A stretch of DNA of 64,000 nucleotides from an uncultured Clostridium sp. (GTDB lineage Bacteria; Bacillota; Clostridia; TANB77; CAG-508), in assembly GCA_947245515.1 (NCBI GenBank), contig CAMXQV010000001.1, positions 17,827 through 81,826 on the forward strand, read 5' to 3'. The notes under the pieces were generated by a model. It was given only the letters and a program-made list of their open reading frames with translations, searched no databases and was not told the DNA's origin. The translations under genes and the position numbers were made by a program. How positions within the stretch are numbered: position 1 is the first letter of the stretch; each line of letters begins with the position of its first letter. Positions 38,828 through 48,925 of this stretch are shown piece by piece.

Positions 38828-40552
38828 TTATAAGGTTATTCCTTCTTTTAATATTTTATCTAAATTTCCTTGTCTTTTTATTTTATTAGTAGTAGTTTTT
38901 ATTAGCGGTTCTTGTGTTAATATAATACCTTTAATTGACTTATATTTTGGCATCTCTTGGTTGATTTCTTTTATTCTTTTACTCATAATTTTATGTATTT
39001 CTTCTTCATCACTTGTATTATAAATTTCTTGAATAGCTTGCTCATTATAAACAATTTTTGCAAACACCTTAATATCATTTTCATCTTTAGATATAGGCTT
39101 ACCAAATATAAAAGATTCTTCTACTCCATCTATAGTGTTAACTAGGTTTTCCATTTCTTCTGGAAAAATGTTCTTTCCATTTTTTAAGACAATTACACTC
39201 TTTTTTCTTCCACATATAAATATGTATCCTTCATCATCTATCTTTGCTAAATCACCTGTATAAAACCATCCATCTTTTAAAACTTTTTCTGTTTCTTCTT
39301 TATTTTCAAAATAACCTTTCATTATGTTTGGCCCTTTTACTACTAATTCGCCCATACCATATTCATCACAGTTTACTATTTTTGCTTCTACACTTGGAAC
39401 TGTTTTTCCTACAGAACCTATTTTACTATATTTTTTATTTCCTATAGCTATTACTGGTGAGGTTTCAGTAAGTCCATATCCTTGTACTAAGTTGATACCC
39501 AAATTTCTATATTTTTCTTCTACTTCTGGATTTAAACTTGCTGCACCACTAATTAATAACTTAATATTTCCACCTAACCTATTATGTATTTCAGAAAAAA
39601 TTTTTTTCTTTTCTTCCATAGTTTTGTATTTATATAATTCTTCTTTTTCTAAAATTTCTTGCATTTTATTTTCTTTTTGTAACTCTTTTCTTATAGTTTT
39701 TAAAGTTCTTTCATAAATTGCTGGTACTGATGCCATAACAGAGACCTTGTATTCTTTCATATTTTCTATAATATGCCTTACTCCATCACAAAATACAGTT
39801 TGTGCTCCTTTGTAAAGTGCAAATAAAAAGCCTACTGTGCATTCAAAAACATGATGTGTTGGCAAAAATGACAAAAAGATATCCTTTGAATCTATATCTA
39901 GTATTGATGCTATATCCATTAAATTTGAACAAATATTTTTATGTGATAAAGCTACTATTTTAGATTCTGAAGTTGTTCCAGATGTAAATAACATTATACT
40001 TGTTTCTTCATTATCTATTTTTGAATCTATAAATTCTCTATTTCCTGCTTTAATTAACTTTTCTCCTTTTTCTATTAACTTATTTAAGGAATATACATCT
40101 TCTTTATTTGCTTTTGCATCCATAGAGATTAAATATTTTAAATTTCCTATTCCTTCTTTTTTTATATTCTTTAAAGTCTCTTCATATTTTTTTGAGTATA
40201 TTATTGCCTCTACTTTTGAACGTTCTATTAATTTTTTTATTTCGTTTTCTGGTAAGGCTTTATCTAGTGGAACTATTATTCCTGTTCCACATACTATAGA
40301 TAAATATGCTATTTCCCATTCATATCTGTTTTCTCCTATTAGTGCTATTCTTTTGTTTTTTAGTCCCATATCTATTAAGCTAGTTCCTAAGGCTTTTACC
40401 ATTTTTCTTACTTCTTCATGTGTTATTTCTTGATATTTTCCTTTTTCTTTTTTTATTTTATATGCAATATTGTTTGCATATTCTTTTTCTGTTTTGTTTA
40501 GCATTTCTTTTAAATTTGCTATTTCTATATATTTATATAGTTTTTTATCCAT
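38828..40552 (-). CDS. AMP-dependent long-chain fatty acid--CoA ligase
   Basis: 574 aa. LFTSGTTSESKIV (AMP-binding), GYGLTETSP, YTGDLAKIDDEGYIFICGRKK. Confidence 0.85.
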   Translation of the reverse strand: MDKKLYKYIEIANLKEMLNKTEKEYANNIAYKIKKEKGKYQEITHEEVRKMVKALGTSLIDMGLKNKRIALIGENRYEWEIAYLSIVCGTGIIVPLDKALPENEIKKLIERSKVEAIIYSKKYEETLKNIKKEGIGNLKYLISMDAKANKEDVYSLNKLIEKGEKLIKAGNREFIDSKIDNEETSIMLFTSGTTSESKIVALSHKNICSNLMDIASILDIDSKDIFLSFLPTHHVFECTVGFLFALYKGAQTVFCDGVRHIIENMKEYKVSVMASVPAIYERTLKTIRKELQKENKMQEILEKEELYKYKTMEEKKKIFSEIHNRLGGNIKLLISGAASLNPEVEEKYRNLGINLVQGYGLTETSPVIAIGNKKYSKIGSVGKTVPSVEAKIVNCDEYGMGELVVKGPNIMKGYFENKEETEKVLKDGWFYTGDLAKIDDEGYIFICGRKKSVIVLKNGKNIFPEEMENLVNTIDGVEESFIFGKPISKDENDIKVFAKIVYNEQAIQEIYNTSDEEEIHKIMSKRIKEINQEMPKYKSIKGIILTQEPLIKTTTNKIKRQGNLDKILKEGITL

Positions 40553-40841
40553 TGTTTTCTCCTCGTTAATTTATATATAGGTTTTATATCACATTTTTTT
40601 ATAAAATTCCTTAGACTGATAGGTCAGTATAAATTTTTTTGTTAATTTTATATTTTTAATTATCATAAATATTACAACTCATTTTATATTTTTTCTATTA
40701 ATCTTAGCTAGTTTAGATTCTTTGGATTTAATAATAACTTGTAACAAAATTGTAACATACTTTTTTTATAAAATACTAGACATATTTTTACTGTTTATGA
40801 TAATATTAATATTAGTTATATATTATATGGAGGTAAAATAA

Positions 40842-41222
40842 ATGTCAAAAAGTATAAAGATTATAAAAATAATAACCTTATTAATTATTCTATTATTTAT
40901 GGGATTTAATATCTGTTATGGAGTAAATTTAAATTTAACAGATGTAAATAATAATTCATCAAATGCTTCATATACTAATGAGAATTCTACTAATTCAGAT
41001 ACAGATACTGATTTTTCAAATAATACTACTTCAGATGGAAATGAAATTTCCTTAAATACAGCTAATAATTCCACAAATACAACTCCTACAACTGTTAGTA
41101 ATATAGACTCCTTACCTGAAGCTTCTCTAGAATTATCTACAATCTTAAATATACTTTTAATTGTAATTGGTATTTTATTAGTTTTATTAGCAATAGCAAT
41201 TTTAATTAGAATGAAAAAATAA
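40842..41222 (+). CDS. small secreted/C-terminally anchored Asn/Thr/Ser-rich protein
   Basis: GGAGG Shine-Dalgarno, signal-peptide-like N-terminus, low-complexity middle, C-terminal TM helix plus RMKK. A terminator follows. Confidence 0.55.
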   Translation: MSKSIKIIKIITLLIILLFMGFNICYGVNLNLTDVNNNSSNASYTNENSTNSDTDTDFSNNTTSDGNEISLNTANNSTNTTPTTVSNIDSLPEASLELSTILNILLIVIGILLVLLAIAILIRMKK

Positions 41223-41228
41223 TTGTTA

Positions 41229-41258
41229 AAAACTCATCTTTTGATGAGTTTTTTATAT
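41229..41258 (+). terminator. rho-independent terminator
   Basis: AAAACTCATC, loop TTTT, GATGAGTTTT, followed by TTAT. Confidence 0.75.
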
Positions 41259-41388
41259 TTTATTATTATAATTTTATGTATATTTTATTCTTTTTTTTTA
41301 ATACTAATATTAGAATTAAATTTTTAATTTAATATTTTAATGCTTATTCATAAGTATTTTTTAATTTTGTTATAGGAGGAATAATTTT

Positions 41389-41853
41389 ATGTACAAAAAA
41401 TTATTGATAAGTTCTGCTTTACTTTTAGCAATTATATTTTCTTTTAGTTTTTGTTTAGCAAAAGACGGCTTACAAGGTGTTGCTGATGGTGTAAGAAATG
41501 TTGTTGGTGATGCAGAAAATGCTGTTGAAGGTGCAGCTAGAGATATTTCTAATGCTTCTAAAAATGCAACTGGAAATATGGAAAATACAGCAAATAATAT
41601 TGGAAACAATATTAAAAATTCTTTTGATGGTAACACTGCTAAAGATACAAATAATAATGCAAGAACTATGACAGGTGCAACTACAAATTATGATGCTACA
41701 AGAACATCTACTAATGCAGAAACAACCTTTATGGGAATGAATGCAACTGCTTGGACTTGGTTAATTTTAGGAATAGCAGCACTTGCTATAATAGCCTTAG
41801 TATGGTATTATTCTATGCAATTTAATTCTTCTAAATATGACCATAAAGATTAA
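41389..41853 (+). CDS. small secreted/C-terminally anchored low-complexity protein
   Basis: AGGAGGA Shine-Dalgarno, signal peptide, Asn/Ala/Thr/Gly-rich region, C-terminal TM helix. The antisense ORF 41370..41636 is rejected. Confidence 0.55.
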   Translation: MYKKLLISSALLLAIIFSFSFCLAKDGLQGVADGVRNVVGDAENAVEGAARDISNASKNATGNMENTANNIGNNIKNSFDGNTAKDTNNNARTMTGATTNYDATRTSTNAETTFMGMNATAWTWLILGIAALAIIALVWYYSMQFNSSKYDHKD

Positions 41854-41903
41854 TTTTTATAAAAAAGACTTTTAAAATTTTTTAAGAGTCTTTTTTGTTC
41901 TCT

Positions 41904-42093
41904 TTAAGTTTCGAATTTTTGCAAGTGGAGGTTATAATATATAATTTTTGAAACACTGCGTAAGCGACCAAACGAGCTATGCGAGTGCGATTGGAGCAAC
42001 CTACAGACTAAATTTTGATTTTATAGGTTGCGACACACAAAGTGTAAAAAAATTATATATTATAACCTCCACTTGCAAAAATTCGAAACTTAA
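41904..42093. mobile_element. 190-bp MITE-like element with 46-bp perfect terminal inverted repeats
   Basis: 41904-41949 is the exact reverse complement of 42048-42093. The 9-bp direct repeat TTGTTCTCT flanks it at 41895-41903 and 42096-42104. The GC-richer 98-bp core has an internal GCAACCTA/TAGGTTGC stem. No ORF. Confidence 0.65.
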
Positions 42094-42165
42094 ATTTGTT
42101 CTCTAATTGATTTTTTACATATTTTGGAGTATTATATATAAAAATCAAAAGAAATTGGAGGTATA

Positions 42166-42609
42166 ATGAATACAAAATTAATATCTAAAAATCCTACAGC
42201 ATATCATAATTATACAATAACAGATAAAATAGAAACTGGAATAGTTTTATATGGAACTGAAATAAAATCTATTCGTGCAGGAAAAGTAAATTTAAAAGAT
42301 AGTTATGCTATAATAAAAAATGGTGAAATCTATGTATATGGTATGCATATTAGTCCATATGAACATGGAAATATATTTAATAAAGACCCATTACGTAACA
42401 AAAAATTATTATTAAATAAAAGTGAAATAAACAAATTAATTGGATTAACAAAACAAAAAGGATATAGTCTTATTCCAATTAGTCTTTATTTTAAAGGAAG
42501 TCTAGTAAAATTAGAATTAGGACTTGGAAAAGGGAAAAAATTATATGATAAACGTGAAGATATTGCAAAAAAAGATGCGGAAAGAAGAATAAGACAAAAT
42601 AGATTTTAA
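42166..42609 (+). CDS. smpB: SsrA-binding protein
   Basis: 147 aa. Typical SmpB sequence ([18 protein letters not shown], basic C-terminal tail). Confidence 0.95.
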   Translation: MNTKLISKNPTAYHNYTITDKIETGIVLYGTEIKSIRAGKVNLKDSYAIIKNGEIYVYGMHISPYEHGNIFNKDPLRNKKLLLNKSEINKLIGLTKQKGYSLIPISLYFKGSLVKLELGLGKGKKLYDKREDIAKKDAERRIRQNRF

Positions 42610-42613
42610 AAAT

Positions 42614-42699
42614 GGCTTTGGGACGGAGGAAAAAATCATGGTTTAATTATAAACCATGATTTTTTCCTGCGTCCCCAAAGTCATCCTCCGTCCCAAAAG
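42614..42699. repeat. long imperfect palindrome built from two inverted copies plus a partial third copy of the GGGGACGGAGG-loop repeat
   Basis: Arms 42614-42645 and 42650-42682 around the loop ATTA. Extra 15-mer CCTCCGTCCCAAAAG at 42685-42699. Lies between the convergent genes smpB and fba. Confidence 0.7.
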
Positions 42700-42708
42700 T
42701 TATTTTAA

Positions 42709-43674
<966 letters not shown>

Positions 43675-43783
43675 TTATTTCTATTCTTTTTATATGTCAA
43701 GATATTATTTATTTAAGTTTCGACTTTTTAAAATCTATTTTTTTAGATTCCTTTAATGTCGTATGAAATTTTTTCTACAAAAG

Positions 43784-43948
43784 CTATTGTTCAAACTTAT
43801 AACTTGCACACATAGACTCATCTGGAAGTTTTGTTTTTGTTGCTACTGTTGGGGCAACCTGAATTGATTCTAGCATACATTTCTTTTCATTCTCATTATT
43901 ATATCTACAACTTGTTACTGTACAATTAATTTTTTGATTATTTTCCAT
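43784..43948 (-). CDS. DUF1540-domain small cysteine-rich protein
   Basis: 54 codons, absent from the ORF track because it is under 60 aa. AGGAGGT Shine-Dalgarno. Sequence MENNQKINCTVTSCRYNNENEKKCMLESIQVAP...MCASYKFEQ shows the C-x4-C ... C ... C DUF1540 pattern. Confidence 0.65.
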   Translation of the reverse strand: MENNQKINCTVTSCRYNNENEKKCMLESIQVAPTVATKTKLPDESMCASYKFEQ

Positions 43949-44035
43949 AATATACCTCCTAATATTTAAGTATATGAACTACTTAAACGTTCATAATATT
44001 AGTATGTATATTTTTTTATTTAGTATTCATTTTTA

Positions 44036-44524
44036 TTAATTATCATTAGTTTGGCATTCTTCTTTTTCTTTATCCTTTAAGTCAATTTTTTTAACACATT
44101 TTTCTTCTGGTTCTTTGAAACTTAAGTACCATGATATTCCATTTCTATTTTGATTAATATATTTCTCTCTATCTTGTAATTCTTTAAAAGTTTTTGGTGG
44201 TGGAATTATTACTGGTTGACCAGGCATCCAATTTGCTGCAGTTGATCCTTTTGCACAATCTGCCATTTGTAAGGCTTGAACTATTCTGATTATTTCTGGT
44301 ATAAATCTTCCAATATTTAGGGGATAAATTAATATCGTTCTAACTATTCCCTTGTCATCTATTACAAAAACATTTCTTACAGTTTCTGTATTACTAATGT
44401 CATTTGATATCATTCCATATTTTCTAGCGATTTGTCCATTTCTATCTGCTATAATTGGAAATGAAATTTTAATTCCAGTTCTACAATATATATCATACAT
44501 CCATGCCAAATGTGAGGCATTGCT
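44036..44524 (-). pseudogene. peroxiredoxin (Prx6-type), C-terminal fragment (piece 3 of 3)
   Basis: Starts at SNASHLAWMYD... and contains FPIIADRNGQIARKYGMI and ANWMPGQPVIIPPP. Has no start codon of its own apart from a spurious TTG. Confidence 0.85.
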
Positions 44525-44550
44525 TTTTTTACCAACTTAAGTTTTGTTAA

Positions 44551-46165
44551 CTATGCACTTTCTATAAAATTCATATTACTTAATTGTTCTTTCACAATGT
44601 TTAATTCCGAAAAATTAAAGTATATGTATATGTTTTTAAACTCATCTAATTCTATTCTATCTATTAATTCAAACAATATCTTTTTACTTGGATTTTCAAA
44701 TTTCAAAAATTCTTCAATTACTTTGTCAGCTTTTTCTTTATCTTGATTTACTTGAATGTTATTTTGCAATATTTTTATTTTGTCTTGTATATTGTTTTTA
44801 TCCTTTATTAACTTTTCTTTCTGCTCTATAAAATCTCTTGAATATCTAAAGTAATCGTTATCTGTTATAATTCCATTTAAGTTGTCCATATACATTTTAT
44901 CTAATTTTTTTGATACATCTTCTATTTTATTTTTTATATTTAATAGTTTTTCTTCTTCCACTTTTATAAGTGTAGAATAACTATCTTTATTTTTCTCATA
45001 TATCAATTTTAAAGCATTTTTATCGCAAAATGTATTAACTATATCTTTTATATTGTTAAGCACTTTATTTTCAAATTTGTTATAATTATAGTTACAAGTT
45101 TTGCATTTCTTATCTTTTCCTCTAGCTAAACTACAATCTATGTAGCCAATATTATTAACTTTCCCTCGATAACAAATTCTAAGTTGCCTACCACAATTAT
45201 GGCAAAAGATTAATCCTTTTAATAGTTCAGTATGTTTTGGTGTTGATAGACTTTTTTTACTTTTTAAAATTTCTTGTGCTTTAATAAATATATCTTTTTC
45301 AATAATAGGTTGATGAGTATTTTCTACTCTTATATATTCACTTTCATTTTTAGGTTTTCGCTTTTTTACTTTATAGGAAACAGAAACACATTTATTTTGA
45401 ACAGTATTTCCAATATATACTTCATTTATAAGCATTGCTCTTATGGATTTAGGATTCCATGTTGTTCTTTGATGTTTTAAACCTAGATATTTACTGGGGG
45501 GATCAATTCCTTCTTCATCTAAAATATTTGATATTTTTTGTAATCCGTTTCCTTTTAAATATAGCTCGAATATTTTTTCTACTACATAAGATACATTTTT
45601 GTCTATCTCTAGCTTGTTTTTATATATTGCACTTTTTTTATACCCATAGGGGGCGATACTTCCTAAATATTCTCCTTTTAATTCCTTTTCTCGTAAAACT
45701 CCTTTAATTTTTTTGGAAATATCTTTTGCATACATATCATTTATAATTGCTTTAAAAGGTGTTACATCATTGTTTGTACTATCTAAAAATGTATCTATTC
45801 CATCTAATACCGAAACATATCTTACATTTTTTTCTGGAAAGTAATTTTCTATATAGTAACCTGTTTTTATATAATCCCTTCCAAGTCTTGATAAGTCTTT
45901 TGTAATAATCATATTAATTTTTTTGTTTTCTATATCTTGTATCATTCGATTAAAATCTGGTCTATCAAAAGTTGTTCCGTGAAATCCCATCATCTTTGTA
46001 CTCATCTATAAAAATAAGCTGATTTTCTTTTATATATCTTTGCAAAATATCTCTTTGATTTGAAATACTATCACTTTCTAATTTGTCTCCATCTTCACGA
46101 GATAAACGTATATATATTCCTACTTTAAATGCTTTATTTATGGCGTTTTGATTGCTAAAACTCAT
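44551..46165 (-). pseudogene. large serine recombinase, frame broken once (+1) at an in-frame CGG
   Basis: N-terminal resolvase domain (YIRLSRED) in ORF 45965..46171, the remainder in ORF 44551..46005. Joining at TCA-(C)GGA gives YKDDGIS|GTTFDRPDF, the canonical DDGxSG...RP motif. Start ATG at 46165 after AGGAGG. Confidence 0.85.
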
Positions 46166-46624
46166 TTGCACCTCCTGTCTTTAAACAATGCAATTTTCTA
46201 CATTGTTATACGGATTAAGAAAATGTAACTCGCTTTGCTCATACATTTTCTAAAACCTCCATTATTCTAGCAATCACCTGCTAGAAAGATTATATAGCTA
46301 TTAATTCAAATCTTCAATCTTTTTTATAAATTTTAATCGTATCTTTTAAATATGAAATAAAACTCTTTTGTATTTGCATATTTATATCTTCTTTGTTATT
46401 GTTAAATATATAAATAACTTGTTCTTTTTTCTCTTTATCATTTTCATTCATTGTTTATTCACCTTCGTAAATTTTATTAAAACTAAATTTGAAAAATGAC
46501 TAATCTTTAGCTTTAATTTACGAATAAATTAACATATGATTTTTGTATTGGATTAAAATGGGTATATAAAAAGAAAAAAGGGTACAAAAAAAGAAGACAT
46601 TATATCTTCTTTTTAATTTGGAAT

Positions 46625-46843
46625 TTATCTTTCCAATTCATCTATTCTTTTATCCATATCTTCCATTGTTTTAATTGGTAATCCATCAACTTTTGCTCCT
46701 TTAGGCCAAGTAATCTTCTTTCCTGTTTTTTGCTCTATATACGCATCTATTTCTTCATCTTCCATTTGTATTAATTTTTCATATGGTATGCCTATTCTTT
46801 TTGAAAGTAGTTCTTTAGTTTTATTTGATAATTGATAACTCAT
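46625..46843 (-). CDS. hypothetical small protein
   Basis: 72-aa ORF with a GGAGGAATG-type Shine-Dalgarno. No motif recognised. Confidence 0.45.
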   Translation of the reverse strand: MSYQLSNKTKELLSKRIGIPYEKLIQMEDEEIDAYIEQKTGKKITWPKGAKVDGLPIKTMEDMDKRIDELER

Positions 46844-47115
46844 TTTACATTCCTCCTAAATGTTATTTTATCAAAAAATGTTTATAAATACAATAGCAAA
46901 TTTTTTGCATAAAATTTTCTCCGAATATTTAGAATCATTTTTAATGCCCAATATTCGCCAGCTTGGTGTTTTGACACCGTTTTCGCTGTTTAGGAAGATT
47001 TCCTAAAACCTATTTTGCTCTCTGAGAGATGATTTTTTATATATACTTTTAAGAAAAAACAGAGCAAAATTCACTCTGTTTTAGGTTTAAATTTCATCTA
47101 TAATCTCAATAATTT

Positions 47116-47475
47116 TTATTTCATTAATTTCTTTATTTCTTTATCAATAAATTTCTTTATTACAGGTATATCGTTTATTGCTGTATCAAAAATAATGCTA
47201 TAATCCATATCATAATATCCATGTGCAAAACGATTTCTCATTCCTCTTATTTCATTCCAATTTATATCATTCTGTGTTGCTACAATATAGTCTTCTGTTA
47301 AATGGTTAACAAGTTCTCCTATTTGAAATATAGGCATAGAAATTGCATTTCTAAATACAACATTAATATTAAAATCTTCTATATTTTTTCCAAACATATC
47401 AAATGTTTTTTCTATTTGTTCACAATATTCTTTCATATGTAATAACACTGTTAAATCTCTATTTAAATTACTCAT
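47116..47475 (-). CDS. hepT: HepT-like (DUF86) toxin of an MNT/HepT type VII TA system
   Basis: 119 aa. The R-x4-H-x-Y motif appears as RNRFAHGY. Overlaps the upstream MNT gene by 8 nt. Confidence 0.85.
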   Translation of the reverse strand: MSNLNRDLTVLLHMKEYCEQIEKTFDMFGKNIEDFNINVVFRNAISMPIFQIGELVNHLTEDYIVATQNDINWNEIRGMRNRFAHGYYDMDYSIIFDTAINDIPVIKKFIDKEIKKLMK

Positions 47476-47809
47476 ATATATTCAATCTCTCTTTCTTTAC
47501 TTCGTTATAAAATATGTTTTTAGCAAGTTTTATTGTTTCACTATCATATTGTATATCATTAGTATATGTTTCTTCTACTACAATATCAATTTGTTTTTTT
47601 AAAATTTGTTCTATTTCATAAGCAAGTGCAGATAATTGCAAAAGTGTTTTTAAATTTCCTTTTTTTATCATAATATCAACATCAGATTGTTGATTTGCTT
47701 CACCTCTTGCATACGAACCGAATATATATGCTTTTTCAATTCCATATTTTTTTAATATATCATATATCATTTCTTTTATTTCTTCAATTGTATATACTTT
47801 TTCACTCAT
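47468..47809 (-). CDS. mntA: MNT-type nucleotidyltransferase antitoxin
   Basis: 113 aa. YIFGSYARGE...SDVDIMI (G-S-x10-D-x-D minimal nucleotidyltransferase motif). Confidence 0.85.
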   Translation of the reverse strand: MSEKVYTIEEIKEMIYDILKKYGIEKAYIFGSYARGEANQQSDVDIMIKKGNLKTLLQLSALAYEIEQILKKQIDIVVEETYTNDIQYDSETIKLAKNIFYNEVKKERLNIYE

Positions 47810-48006
47810 AGATTAACCTCCTTTTTCATAGGTAATATAAATATATCTATATATTATCATTTCTTTAATATCTTTTCAAGTGCTAGTAATAAATTTGCTA
47901 TTTTACATAAAATATGTTATAATTTTGTTATATAAGAGTAATTCTCTTCGAAACAATAAAAATTCGGAGGGAAGCCTCCGACACAAATAAAAAGGAGGTA
48001 TTTTAT

Positions 48007-48687
48007 ATGTCAAATTACAAATGGGTCAAAGAAAGCGAACGATATATTGACTTACGGTCAGAAGATTTTATATCAACTAGTTTCTTTTCTGTACCTTCAG
48101 CACTAATGAATCCATTACTGCGACATGAACTTGATGATAATGGTGTTGACTGTTGTATTGATGGAGAATCTTGTGAACTGACTGCCATAGACAGAAGAAT
48201 TGTTGAAATCACAGCACCTTTGTATCAATTCAATATTTATACAGGTAACTTTGATTTGTTACAAGATGCATACACAGATGACACAATTGACCCTCTTCAA
48301 AGAGAGTGGGTAAAAGAAATCTATTTAAGTTGTATGAAGAAAGTTGCTATTGAGCAATCAAAAGTTTTTGAAGAAATGTTTAAAGAAAATTCTCTTGATG
48401 AAGGAATTTCTTCAGTAGTAACAATTTCTTCAGACCCTTACGAAGAACCAAATTATTTTTATCAACAATACGTACCAAAAAACTATATTAAAGTTTGTGA
48501 AAGAAATTGCCCCTGGTCACGTGGCTACAAGCATGATGTTGTATTCATTAAAAAGATGGATGCCAAAGGACAAGCCATTACAATTAAAGTTAAAGATTTA
48601 TATAAAGGACTTGTTATCGGCAAAGGCGGAGAGAACATCAAGAAAATTGCGAAAATGATTAATGCAAGAAGAATTAATGTAATTTGA
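48007..48687 (+). CDS. KH-domain protein of unknown function (visibly GC-richer than its surroundings)
   Basis: 226 aa. AAGGAGG Shine-Dalgarno. C-terminal LVIGKGGENIKKIAKMINARRINV is a KH GxxG motif. The N-terminal ~170 aa are unrecognised. Contains the only in-frame CGG that is not at a frame break (48055-48057). Confidence 0.6.
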   Translation: MSNYKWVKESERYIDLRSEDFISTSFFSVPSALMNPLLRHELDDNGVDCCIDGESCELTAIDRRIVEITAPLYQFNIYTGNFDLLQDAYTDDTIDPLQREWVKEIYLSCMKKVAIEQSKVFEEMFKENSLDEGISSVVTISSDPYEEPNYFYQQYVPKNYIKVCERNCPWSRGYKHDVVFIKKMDAKGQAITIKVKDLYKGLVIGKGGENIKKIAKMINARRINVI

Positions 48688-48696
48688 TAAGAATTT

Positions 48697-48722
48697 AGGA
48701 GTCTCTATAGGCTCCTTTTTTT
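48697..48722 (+). terminator. rho-independent terminator of the KH-domain ORF
   Basis: AGGAGTC, loop TCTATA, GGCTCCT, followed by TTTTTT. Confidence 0.75.
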
Positions 48723-48788
48723 CACTATGATATTAATTAGCTTTTAACAGGTGATTGCTTGTTTTTATTTTGTTGGTAACTTTCACTA

Positions 48789-48908
48789 TGCAAGATGAGA
48801 ACTATTACTATCTACACTTATACCTAATAATTCTGTATTAAGTTGTTTAAAATATTTATGTGCTCTTGTAAAAGCAATCATCTCTGTAGTACACACTGGG
48901 GTAAAATC
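48789..48908 (-). pseudogene. peroxiredoxin, middle fragment (piece 2 of 3) with the peroxidatic Cys motif
   Basis: 40 open codons: [40 protein letters not shown]. Flanked by stop codons on both sides. Not in the ORF track. Confidence 0.85.
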
Positions 48909-48925
48909 TTACAATGTGGGGAGGA

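Larger units (their letters stand above)
44525..48788 (-). mobile_element. intervening element A (~4.3 kb): large serine recombinase, MNT/HepT TA pair, KH-domain ORF
   Basis: Bounded by degenerate 24-nt direct repeats of the peroxiredoxin SN(A/S)SHLA region (44501-44524 and 48786-48809) and by the 8-bp inverted repeat TTACCAAC (44529-44536 / 48772-48779). The recombinase 3' end abuts the junction. Confidence 0.75.

Noticed and set aside
41370-41636. 88-aa minus-strand ORF overlapping the 41389..41853 gene.
   Set aside because: The plus-strand ORF has a Shine-Dalgarno, a signal peptide, a C-terminal anchor and a terminator. The minus ORF has none of these.
46314-46451. 45-codon minus-strand ORF (MNENDKEKKEQVIYIFNNN...) upstream of recombinase A as a possible excisionase or directionality factor.
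   Set aside because: It has only a modest Shine-Dalgarno and no recognisable motif, so I do not annotate it. It is worth revisiting if excision is observed.
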